Below, piece after piece: positions 1-11,632 of a DNA stretch of 64,000 bases (within the stretch, counting starts at the first letter, position 1; each line of letters opens with the position of its first letter). The translations under genes and the position numbers were made by a program. Location: assembly GCA_028826165.1 (NCBI GenBank), contig JAPDFW010000092.1:558001-622000 (forward strand), in the 5' to 3' direction. The notes below the pieces were generated by a model that was given only the letters and a program-made list of their open reading frames with translations, made no database searches and had not been told where the DNA came from. Source of the stretch: Anaeramoeba ignava BMAN. Its lineage: Eukaryota; Protista; Anaeramoebae.

Positions 1-52
1 CTTCATCATAATGTGATGGAATATTTCCTACGTGAATTGTTCTTTCGGCCAT
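1..52 (-). CDS. 5' end of an RRM-domain RNA-binding protein (runs off the window edge)
   Basis: ATG at 52-50 reads MAERTIHVGNIPSHYDE; RTIHVGNIP resembles the RNP2 motif. Only 17 codons are visible. Confidence 0.55.
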   Translation of the reverse strand, partial: MAERTIHVGNIPSHYDE

Positions 53-189
53 AATTTTGTTTTATAATAAAAAATATAAAAAATTTGAAAAGAAAAAAAT
101 GAAAAATTAAAATTCAAAAAAAATTTTTTTATTTAAAAAAAAAACATTTTTCCTCTTTTTTTTTCTTCTTTTCTTTTTTATTCTTCTTT

Positions 190-2450
190 CTATTTCAATT
201 TAGAAATCTTTTTATTTTCCCGATTTTGATTAGGAATTATTTCCCAATTTGGTGATTTTTCTGTTTTTATCCAATTAAAATCTTTTATTTGATTCCATAA
301 ATTTTGAGTTTGATCATTCATTTGTAAATCCTAAATAAAAATATAATTTAAATCAAAATATTATTTAAATTTAAATCAAAAATATTATTTAAATCAAAAA
401 TATTATTTAAATCCAAAATATTATTTAAATCAAAAATATTATTTAAATCAAAAATATTATTTAAATCCAAAATATTATTTAAATCCAAAATATAATTTAA
501 ATCCAAAATATTATTTAAATCCAAAATATAATTTAAATCAAAATATAATTTAAATAAATCAAAAATATTATTTAAATTCAAAAATATTATTTAAATCAAA
601 AATCATATTATTTAAATCCAAAAATATAATTTAAATCAAAAAAATAATTTCATTTAAATCAAAAAAAATCCAAAAATATTATTAAAATCCAAAATATAAT
701 TTAAATCAAAAATATAATTTAAATCAAAAAAGAAAAAATATTATTTTCTCTAAATCAAAAATATTATTTAAAATCAAAATATTATTTAAATTCAAAAATA
801 TTATTTAAATCAAAAATATAATTTAAATCAAAAATATAATTTAAATCAAAAATATTAAAAATATAATTTTCAAAAATATTATTTAAATCAAAAATATAAT
901 TTAAATCAAAAATTATTTTAAATCAAAAATATTAAAATATAATTTAAATTCAAAAATATTATTTAAATCCAAAAATATTATTTAAATCAAAAATATTATT
1001 TAAATTCAAAATATAATTTAAAATATTATTTAAATCCAAAATATAATTTAATTCAAAATATTATTTAAATAAATCAAAATATAATTTAAATCAAAAAATA
1101 TTATTTAAATTCAAAATATAATTTAAATAAAAAAATATAATTTAAATCAAAAAATTATTTAAATCCAAAATATTATTTAAATCAAAAATATAATTTAAAT
1201 TAAAAATATTATTTAAATTCAAAAATATTATTTAAATCAAAAATATTATTTAAATCTCAAAATATAATTTAAATTCAAAATATAATTTAAATCAAAAATA
1301 TTATTTAATTTAAAAATATAATTTAAATCAAAAATATTATTTAAATCAAAATATAATTTAAATCAAAAATATTATTTAAATCAAAAATATTATTTAAATC
1401 CAAAATATAATTTAAATTCAAAATATTTAAATTCAAAATATTATTTAAATCAAAAATATTATTTAAAAGTTACAGAAAGTAGAGAATCAATTCCAGGAAA
1501 ATCAAAAGAATAAGGAGCAACTCTTATTTCTTTACAATCCTCTATAATTGGTTCAGATTTTGTGAAAATATATAAATCACAATTATTTGATGAATGCAAC
1601 CTAATTTGTTGTGCTGCAAGCATAAATGTTGAATCTATACAATTTTCTAAAAATATTGAACCAGAAATAGGACCTGTATAAATTTTACAAGATTCAATAT
1701 TATCAATCCAAAGAGCTGATATTTTATCACATAAAAAAATTGTACAATTTTTTAAATTTGAAAGAGAAAAATCTTTTCCATTAATTGTTCCTGGATATTT
1801 CCAAATAGTTTGTGATTCTAGAAATTGAAAACTAAATTCTGAATCTTTTATTTTGTTCTTTAATTTTTGATTTGTTTTTTGATTTGTTTTTCATTTAATT
1901 TTTGATTTAATTTTTCATTTGATTTTTCATTTGATTTTTCATTTGTTTTTTCATTTGTTTTTTCATTTGTTTTTTTTCTTGATCTAAATGTAAATTTTTT
2001 TATAGGAAATAAATCATCTCGAAATTGATGAAATTTAATTTCTAAATCATCAATCATCTTGTTAAATTTTTAAATTTAAAATTTTTTTAATTTTTTTAAT
2101 TTTTTTAAATTTAAATTTTAATTTAAATTGCAAACTTGTTGTGCTTTTTTTTGATCATAATTTGGAAGAAAAACTATTGATTCTGATAAAAATTTTTTCA
2201 TTTCTTGAATTTTATTTGAAATTGTTTCAATTATTTCTTTTTTTTCAATATCATTTTTAGATTTAATTTCTTGATTATTTAATAAATTTTGAACTTCTTG
2301 AACAATTAAATTAAATTCTTTTGTAAAACTTGAAACATTTTCAAATGAATTTTCTTCTTCTTTTGCTTCTTTTCTTTTTTGAATTTGTAATTTTCTATTT
2401 TGATCTCTTAATTTTAAAATTTCTCCAATTTGATTAAATTTATCTGTCAT
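190..2450 (-). CDS. TBCC: Tubulin-specific chaperone C (cofactor C), 3 exons (~2450-2136, 2057-1474, 330-190)
   Basis: Helical N-terminus ending ...PKKFTFRSR-like; C-CAP/cofactor-C domain (GPISGSIFLENC...AAQQIRLHSS...SEPIIEDC...APY); last exon NLWNQIKDFNWIKTEKSPNW; GT-AG junctions. Apparent frameshift(s) near 1800-1860 in A-runs. Confidence 0.9.
333..1473. repeat. Intronic minisatellite, ~20-22 bp unit (aaatcaaaaatattattt-like), filling TBCC intron 2
   Basis: Degenerate tandem copies visible throughout; source of spurious ORF 348-581. Confidence 0.9.
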
Positions 2451-2712
2451 TTTTTTTAAAAGAAAATGAAAAAATGAAAAAATGAAAAAATGAAAAAATG
2501 AAAAATGAAAGAAAATTTCATGTAAATGTCAAAAAAAAAATTACTTCAAAATCTCATTTGATTTTAAAAAAGAAAAAAAAAAGAGAAAAAAAAAGTAACA
2601 AATAATTTGTGATCCAAAACATAAAATTCTTCAAAATTTTTGCCAGAAAACAATCATTTGATAAAAAAAAAAAGAAATATTCAAAATTCTTTTTTCTTTT
2701 CTTCATTTTTTT

Positions 2713-5700
2713 TCATTTTTTCTTGTTTAAAGGAGGAGGATTTAAAACAGGAATTGCAACAACTCTTTTTCTTGAATTTGGATCCTTTTTTTTCTTTTTG
2801 ACAAATGGTTCTTTTTGAGGTAATTGAGTTTTTTGAGGTTTTTGAGGTTTTTTATTATTAGAATCCATTCCTTGAGAAAATTGAGAAATTAAACGTTTAA
2901 CTGAATTTTCAGAAACAATTGGTTTTGAATCATTTTGTGAATTTTTTGGATCGTTTTTTGATATTTTTGAATAAATTTTTGCAGTTTTTGGATAATTTTT
3001 AGGAGCTTTTTTTTCTTTATCTTTTTGGATTTTTTGATTGTTTTCTTTTGGAAAATTTTGATTGTTTTCTTTTGGTGATTTTGATTCTTTTTCTTTTGGT
3101 GATTTTGGTTCATCTTTTTGCTTTTTTGGATCTTTTTCTTTTTGCTTTTTTGAATCTTTTTCTTTCTTTTTCAAATCTTTTTCTTTTTTTTTCAAATCTT
3201 TTTCTTGTTTTTTCAAATCTTCTTTTAACTTCTTCAATTCTTCTTTTTGTTTTTTTAAATCGTCTTCTTTTTTTTTCAATTCTTCTTTCTTTTTCAATTC
3301 TTCTTTTTGTTTTTTTAAATCTTCTTTTTTCTTTTTCAATTCTTCTTTTTTTTTCAATTCTTCTTTCTTTTTCAATTCTTCTTTTTCTTTTTTTTTCAAA
3401 TCTTTTTCTTTTTTTGGATCTTTTTCTTTGACTTGATTTTCATTTTTATTAGAAATTTTGAAGAAAATGAAGTAGATACTGATAGAGGTCTTTGTTTTTG
3501 GAAATAGATTGGTTTTGGATATGAAGTTGTTGCACGTTGAAGATTTTTTTGATTTGATTCATTTTCTTTTTCATTTTCTTTTTCATTTTCTTTTTCTTTT
3601 TCTTTTGTTTCATCTTCAGGTTGAGTTATTCTTTTAAGTTCTTCTTGTTTTTCATCGGAATTTTCTTTTGCTTTTGGTGGTGGTGGTGCTTTTCTTCGAG
3701 GAATAAATTTTGTTTGTGTTGGAGAATTTGAAATTTTAGATAATTGATCGTTTGTTTCTGTTTCATTTTGTACAGTTTGTTCTTCTATTAAATATTTAAA
3801 TTAAATATTAAATTAAATATTAAATTAAATATTAAAATAAATATTAAAATAAATATTAATTAAATATTAAAATAAATATTAAAATAAATATTAAATTAAA
3901 TATTTAAATAAATATTAAAATGGATATTGAAATAAATATTAAAATAAATATTAACCTTTAGTTTCATTTATTAATTCATCTTCTGTATTTTTTAAATGTT
4001 CTTCTTTAATTTGTTCATTTTCTTGCATATCTTCTGGTTTCATATCATTTTCAATATCACTTGAATCTTCTTTATCTTCTTTATCTTCTTTATCTTCTTT
4101 ATCTTCTTTATCTTTTTTTTTATTCTTTTTTTTCTTTGCTAAATCTGGAAAACATTTATCACAAACACGAACAGCTTTGTTTGGATTAATATGCTTTAAA
4201 ATAGTTCTTCCAGTTGAACAAGAATTGCAAACAACATTTCCACAATTTCTACAATGATGCTTTTTTTATTAATAATAATAATAATTTGTTGATATATTTT
4301 TATATTTTCTCAAATTAATACATTTTATATTTTAAATATTTATATTTATATTTATATTTATATTTATATTTATATTTATATTTATATTTATATTTATATT
4401 TATATTTATATTTATATTTATATTTATATTTATATTTATATTTATATTTATATTTATATTTATATTTATATTTTAAATATTTATATTTATATTTATATTA
4501 CTTTTCTTTTAAATGCACCAAATGTTGTGTTGCAAACATAACAATTTTTGGAATGATAATCTGGAATCCAAATTGGTGCTTCATTTTCAATTTCATCTCC
4601 ATTTGTGTTTTTTTGGAGTGTTTTAATTTTTGATTTGTGTTCTTCAATTGTTTTTTGAAGATGATCTAACCAAATTGTCTTTTCTTGTTGTGTTCTTGCA
4701 ACAACAGTGAATGATTTGTTTAAATTTTTGATCATAAACGCATTTTTATAATCTTAAAAAATCAAATTAAAAAATCAAATTAAAAAATCAAATTAAAAAA
4801 TCAAATTAAAAAATCAAATTAAAAAATCAAATTAAAAAATCAAATCAAATTAATTTTTTATCCTTTTTTTTCTTTTGATATTTACTTCCTTTATCTTCAA
4901 TATCTTGAACTCGTGTTTGTGTTAAATCCATTTTTCGATGAAGCTAAATTTATAAATAAAACAATTTTAAAATTTTTTTTAAAAAAAAAGAAAGAATAAG
5001 AATTAATTTAATTTTTTGGATAATAAATAATTATTACAGTAGAAGTTCCATATGCAGATGTTGCATATAATAAAAGATCATTAAATAAAATGAAATCTCT
5101 TTTCAAAGGTCTTTTACGAGAAATTTTAAGAAGAGGACCTTCGAAAATAAATACACGATGAGGAGCAATAAGATCCTTTTTTTTATTGGATTTAATATTG
5201 AATTTAATTTTAATTTTGAATTTGAATTTAATTTTGAATTTAATTTTGAATTTAATTTTGAATTTAATTTTGAATTTAATTTTGAATTTAATTTTGAATT
5301 TAATTTTGAATTTAATTTTGAATTTAATTTTGAATTTAATATTGAATTTAATATTGAATTTAATTTTTGAATTTAATTTTGAATTTAATTTTAAATTTGA
5401 ATTTAATTTTGATTTTGAATTTAATTTTAAATTTGAATTTAATATTCGATATTTTACAATAGATTTAGATGAAAATCTTGATTGAATTTCAACAATTTTT
5501 TTGTTTTTAATTTTTTTAAATTTTGAATTTCATTTTAAATTTAAATTCAATTAATTTTCTTTTTGCATCAACTAAATTTTGATAATCAACATGATTTGGA
5601 TTTAATTTGTATATTTAACAAGTTCCTTAAAAATCAAAAAGCAATTTTAAGAAAAGAAGAAATTTAATAAAAAGAAGATTTTTTTAAGAAAAAAAGAGAA

Positions 5701-7120
5701 ATACTTTATAAGAATTTCATATCTTTTAATTTTTGTATTTTAAAAATTAATAAACTAATAATTTTTTTTTCCATTAAATTTTGAGCTTGATTTTTTTATT
5801 TAATAAAATTAAAAATAAAAAATTAAAATAGAAAAATTTAAAAAAGAAGAAATTTAAAAAGAAGAAAAATAAAAATTAGGTAAAATTTGTATTAAAAATT
5901 AAAATTAAAATTAAAATTAAAATTAAAATTAAAATTAAAATTAAATCAAAAATTAAAATTAAATTAAAATTAAAATTAAAATTAAATTTAAAATTAAAAT
6001 TAAAGTTCATATTGAATTTTTTTTACAGTTGCCCAAGTGCTAAATTTTGGATTTTTATAATATTTTTGAATAATTTCATTTGCAGAATTATAATTATTAA
6101 TATAAGAAGTATATAATTTTAAAAAAGGAACCTATTTAATTTTTAATAAGCAAAAAAAAAAGAATTTATATAAATTTTTGGACTGAATAATTGAAACCAT
6201 GAATAAATATACAAGTTTAAGAAAATAATTTCCTAAGCAACTAGCATCTTGCCAATTTTCAATTCTAGCTTGTAATTCAAGCCATAATTCTAAGTTAACT
6301 TTTAAAATATTATCAATATTAGAGAATATAAGATTAATATCTTTTTCTTGAATAATTGGTTGACCTGATTTTGCAGAATTTTTTGTTTCATTAACAATAT
6401 CCTTTTTATATTTAATATAAATTTTAATTTTAATTTCAAATTTTAATTTTAATTTTAAATTTAATTTTAATTTTGATTTTGATTTTCATTTTATTTTTAA
6501 ATTTTAATTTTAATTTTTAATTTAAATTTTAAATTTAATTTTAATTTTAATTTTAATTTTAAATTTTAATTTTGAATTTATATTTTAATTTTAATTTTAA
6601 TTTTAATTTTAATTTTAATTTTAATTTTAATTTTAAATTTAATTTTAATTTTAATTTTGATTTTGATTTTAATTTTAATTTAAATTTAATTTTAAATTTA
6701 ATTTTAAATTTTTTTACATTCACTAAAATTTGCAGATTCATTATATAAGTTGTTTCTGTATCATAAATTTCTTGTGCAATTTTTTGACGGAATTTTCTTC
6801 TTTTTTCTTCTGGATTTAAATCTTCGTTTTCTTGATTTTCAGTTGAATTTTCATTTTCTTCTTGTTTTTCTTCATTTTTTTGTTTTTCGTCATTTTGTTC
6901 TATTTTTTCTGGTTGTTCTTCACTGTCTCTTTTTTTTTTATTTTGATCAACTTCGGAATTATTATTTGTTTCTGTTTTTTCTGTGTTATTTTGTTCTTCT
7001 TATTTTGTTTTTTATTTTTTGTTTTTAAATAAAATTTGACATTTATTTTGAATAATTTGTTTTTGTTTTTTTGTTTTTGTTTTTGTTTTTGTTTTTACTT
7101 TCTTGTGAAATATCTGTCAT
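2713..7120 (-). CDS. FGD/frabin-like RhoGEF (DH)-PH-FYVE protein with K/E-rich C-terminus, multi-exon
   Basis: DH: RQKIAQEIYDTETTYIMNL and PFLKLYTSYINNY. PH: FIFEGPLLKISRKRPLKRDFILFNDLLLY. FYVE: WIPD...CYVC..FGAFKRK|HHCRNCGNVVCNSCS...VRVCDKC. Probable start MTDISQE at 7120 followed by a GT donor; some junctions are unclear. Confidence 0.85.
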
Positions 7121-7266
7121 TTGTAAAATAATAATATTAATATAAAAAATTGGAAAAAAAAAGAATAAAGAAAAAAAAATAAAAAAAAGAAAAAAAATGA
7201 AAAAAAAATTTTTTTAATTTTAATTTTTTTTTTTCATTTTTTTCTTCTTTTCTTCAGTTTATAAAA

Positions 7267-9699
7267 ATGACTTTATATATTCTTTTTGAATCATCTATTG
7301 GTTATGCAATTTTTGAAAAATTAGAAATGGAAGAAATTGCACAAACAGCAGAAGAAGTACAAAAAGTAATTATAAACGTACAAGCATTTTCAAAATTAGT
7401 AAAATTAAAATCTATGATAAAATTTTCCAGTCCAGATGAAGCTTTAGAGAACATGAATTTTATTAAAGAAGGTAAGAAATTAATTTAAAAAATTAAAATT
7501 AAAATAAAAATAAAAATAAAAATAAAATTCATTTATAAATTTAAAAATAAAAATAATTTATAAATTAAAATTCATTTATAAAATTAAAATTAAAATTTAA
7601 AATTAAAATTAAAATTATTTATAAATTAAAATTCATTTATAAATTAAAAATAAAATTAAAAATAAAATTCATTTATAAATTAAAATCAAAATAAAAATTA
7701 AAATTGAAAATAAAATTCATTTATAAATTAAAAATTAAATTAAAATTAAAATTCATTTATAAATTAAAAATAAAAATAAAATTCATTTAAAAATAAAAAT
7801 TAAAATTAAAATTAAAATTAAAATCAAAATTAAAATTCATTTATAAATTAAAAATAAAAATCAAAAATTAAAATTCATTTATAAATTAAAAATAAAAATA
7901 AATAAAATTAAAATTCATTTATAAATTAAATATAAAAATAAAAATAAAATTCATTTATAAATTAAAAATAAAATTAATTTATAAATTAAAAAATAAATTA
8001 AAATTAAAATTCATTTATAAATTAAAAATAATAAAATTAAAATTAAATTTAAAATTAAATTTAAAATTAAAATTAAAATTAAATTCATTTATAAATTAAA
8101 ATTCAAATTATAAATTAAAATTCATTTATAAATTAAAAATTAAAATTCATTTATAAATTAAAATTAAAAATAAAATTAAAATTCATTTATAAATTAAAAA
8201 TAAAAATAAAATTCATTTATAAATTTAAAATTAAAATTAAAATTCATTTATAAATTAAAAATTAAAATAAAAATAAAATTAAAATTCATTTATAAAATAA
8301 AATTCATTTATAAATTTAAAAATAAAATTCATTTATAAATTAAAAATAATAATAAAAATTAAAATAAAAATTAAAATAAAAATAAAATTAAAATTCATTT
8401 ATAAATTAAAATTATATTTAAAATTAATATTTATATTAAAATCCATTTTGAAAATTTGATAAAATAGGACTTATTCACCCAACATTAATAAACTTTCTTG
8501 AGAATAACCTATCAATCTACAACAAAAAAGGATTTCAACTCGGAGTAGTAGACAACAAACTAGCAACTGAAATTCACGACAAATTAGGATACTCATGTCG
8601 AGGAAGCGGATATATCAACGAAATTGTAAGAGGGATCCGACTTCACATGGAAAAATTACTATCAAATCAAGACATGAAAAAAGCACAACTTGGATTAGGA
8701 CATGCATACTCACGATCCAAAGTGAAATTTGACGTGAACAAAGCAGATAACATGATCATACAGTCTATATCACTTCAAGATCAACTTGAAAAAGACTTGA
8801 ATACATTTGGAATGCGTGCCAAAGAATGGTATGGATGGCATTTCCCAGAACTTATTAAACTTGTTAGTGATAATTATTTATATTCACAAGTGTGCAGTTT
8901 TATTCAAGACAAAAAATCACTCTCTGATAACAATATTGACGCGCTTGCAGACATTGTTTCGGACGAAGATCTCGCACGCAAAATCGTCCAGGCAGCGCGG
9001 TCATCAATGGGACTTGAAATTTCAGGAATTGATACAAAAATGATCAACTCATTTACTTCGCAAGTTGTCAAGCTCCACCAATTCAAACAAAAATTATCCG
9101 AATATCTCAATTCGAAAATGCACATCATCGCCCCAAATCTCACAGCAGTCATCGGCGAGCAAGTCGGCGCCAGATTGATTGCTTATGCTGGATCTTTAAG
9201 AAATTTGGCAAAATTCCCAGCGTCAACTGTCCAAATACTTGGCGCAGAAAAATCCTTATTTCGTGCTTTAAGATCAAAGAAAAATACCCCAAAATACGGT
9301 CTTATTTTTCAATCTTCTTTTATTAGTCGCGCTTTTTCTAAAAATAAAGGCAGAATCGCTAGAAATCTTGCTAATAAATGTTCAATGGCTTCGAGAATTG
9401 ATGCTTTTAGAAAAAATCCTTCTGATGCTTTTGGTAATAAATTTAAAGACCAATTGGAACAAAGATTGGTTTTCTTGAAAAAGGGTGTTGCTCCCCAAAA
9501 AAACATTGAAGCAATGCAAGAAGCAATTCAAAAAGATGAACAAATTCAACTTGAAAAGCAAAAGAAAATGAAAAAGCAACAAAAATTTGAAGAAATTGAA
9601 GAAAATCAAAATCAAAAACAAAAGCAAAAAAAGCAAAAAAAGCAAAAAAAGCAAATTCAAATTGAAAATCAAAATGAAAATCAAATGAAAATAATTTGA
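7267..9699 (+). CDS. NOP56: Nucleolar protein 56 (box C/D snoRNP); exons 7267-7471 and 8468-9699
   Basis: LGLGHAYSRSKVKFDVNKADNMIIQSISLQDQLEKDLNTFGMRAKEWYGWHFPEL and PASTVQILGAEKSLFRAL...TPKYGLIF match Nop56 rather than Nop58. The K/Q-rich tail may extend to ~9860 through a frameshift. Confidence 0.95.
7472..8467 (+). repeat. NOP56 intron filled with an aaaattcatttataaatt / (taaaat)n minisatellite
   Basis: gtaag donor at 7472, tag acceptor at 8467; interior is nearly G-free tandem repeat. Confidence 0.9.
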
Positions 9700-10053
9700 T
9701 TCCAAAAAAAAAGAAAACTAAATCAAAAAAGAGAAAAGAATCTCAAAATCAAGATATTCAACAAGAAATTCAACCTCAAATTATTCAAAATCAAGTTATT
9801 AAAAAACATAAAAAAAGATCTAAAAAACCAAAAAGTTTTCAAGTTACAAATTTAAATTAGAATTTTTAAATTTCTTTAAAAGAATAGAAAAGAAAAAGAA
9901 TAGAGAAAGAATTTTTTTTTCCAAAATTTAATAATATTTGTTTTTCTTTTCTTTCAAAATTCCCAAATTTTTAAACTAAAAAAATATAAAAGAAAAAAAT
10001 ATAAAAGAAAAAAATATAAAAGAAATAAAAAGAAAAAATAATTATTATTATTA

Positions 10054-11355
10054 TTATTTTTGATTTTCTTCCGATTTCATCATTTCATAAAAAAAACCGA
10101 ATATTTTCACTTTGTTTTGGTTAACAATATGAGCAGCAAAAACACCAATAAAAACACTAAAACCAGGAATTGGAACCCAAATAGAAAACAAATACAAAAA
10201 ACTTAATTCAATAATCAATTCAATTCCACACTTAACAAAAGTGCGAAATTTATCCTTCATTGAGACACGTTTTTTTGCTTCTTGAAGACTATGATAAACA
10301 ACAGAAAGAACAGAAATGATAGTTGCGAACTCGGGAAGAGTTTGAAAACGAGCTCCAGCAAAATATCTTTTAAAAACAGAAAAAACTCCATCAAAAACAA
10401 AGAAAATAATAGTTTCAACCATAATTTTGAAAGTGGATAAAAAAAGCAACAATAACGATCTCAATTTGAAAAGGTTTATATTTTTTGTTTGATGTGGATT
10501 TTGCGATGAGTTTTTGATCCAACTTTCGGCTAAACACCAGCAAAGTGAATTAAGAAGGATCACCAAAAAATCAATACCAATATCGCAATAAATGCCTTTC
10601 ATAAAAGCGTTGCCAATTTTTTGTGCTGCTTGATATGTCTTCTTAGAATTTGTAATTAAAAACTCCTCGTTTTGTCTTGATTTTTGTGTCAATTTGTTCG
10701 CTATTTGCGCTTGTTTTTCTACAGTGTATTTTGTTGATTCCATAATTTGTTCTTGTTTGTTTGATATCCGTATTTTTTTGGATAGTGATTTGCTCACGTT
10801 TTGGAAAGCTGACGCAATTTGTGAGATTCCTTCATGCAGTTCTTGTTGTGCTTCTATCTTGATTTTTGTGAAGGTTTTTCGAAAAAAGGAAAATCTTTCA
10901 ACTGTTGATAAATTTATAAAATTTGCTTTAATTATGTTTGATTTCTTTTTGCTTTTTTTTTGTTTTGCTTTTTTTTTGTATTGAGTTTTTCTTCTTTGAT
11001 ATAATTCTTTAGAATTTAGATTATTTTTTGTATTTTGAGAATCAGTTCTTTTTGGATTTGAATTTGTATTTAAATTTGAATTTAAATTTGAATTTGTATT
11101 TAAATTTGAATTTGAATTTGATTTTAAATTTGAATTTATATTTGAATTTATATTTGAATTTGAATTTAAATTTGAATTTATATTTGAATTTGGATTTGAA
11201 TTTATATTTAAAGTTGAATTTGTATTTAAATTTGAATTTAAATTTGAATTTAAATTTGAATTTAAATTTGAATTTAAATTTGAATTTAAATTTGAAGTTG
11301 AATTTATATTTAAAGTTGAAGTTGAATTTGAATTCGTAATTGTATTTTCATTCAT
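10054..11355 (-). CDS. Hypothetical protein: N/S low-complexity N-terminus and several predicted C-terminal transmembrane helices
   Basis: Intronless 433-aa ORF with coding-like composition and hydrophobic segments; no family recognised. Confidence 0.7.
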   Translation of the reverse strand: MNENTITNSNSTSTLNINSTSNLNSNLNSNLNSNLNSNLNSNLNTNSTLNINSNPNSNINSNLNSNSNINSNINSNLKSNSNSNLNTNSNLNSNLNTNSNPKRTDSQNTKNNLNSKELYQRRKTQYKKKAKQKKSKKKSNIIKANFINLSTVERFSFFRKTFTKIKIEAQQELHEGISQIASAFQNVSKSLSKKIRISNKQEQIMESTKYTVEKQAQIANKLTQKSRQNEEFLITNSKKTYQAAQKIGNAFMKGIYCDIGIDFLVILLNSLCWCLAESWIKNSSQNPHQTKNINLFKLRSLLLLFLSTFKIMVETIIFFVFDGVFSVFKRYFAGARFQTLPEFATIISVLSVVYHSLQEAKKRVSMKDKFRTFVKCGIELIIELSFLYLFSIWVPIPGFSVFIGVFAAHIVNQNKVKIFGFFYEMMKSEENQK

Positions 11356-11632
11356 TTTGTTTGTTTTTGTTTGTTTTAAAAAAAAAATAAGAATAAAAAG
11401 AAAAAAAAATAATCAAAAAAAAAATGAAAAATGAGAAAAAAAAAATAAATTTTTTTTATCAATAATTAATTTTTTTATTTTATATTTTATTTGTTTTAAA
11501 ACAGAATTATAATTCAAATTGTTTTTGTTTTGTTTTGTTTTTTTTGTTTTAAAAAAAAATATTTGGAATAAAGAAAGAAATGAACAAAAATTTAATTTGT
11601 TTTCATTTTTCTTTTTGCAATTAAGTTTTTGT

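Noticed and set aside
1800-1862. Programmed frameshifting in TBCC, and likewise in MOT1 (~59240) and BTB-TLDc 34736
   Set aside because: Breaks coincide with homopolymer or microsatellite runs, including in essential genes; sequencing indels are more likely.
7472-8467. Intronic snoRNA in NOP56
   Set aside because: The intron is nearly G-free tandem repeat with no box C/D pair visible.
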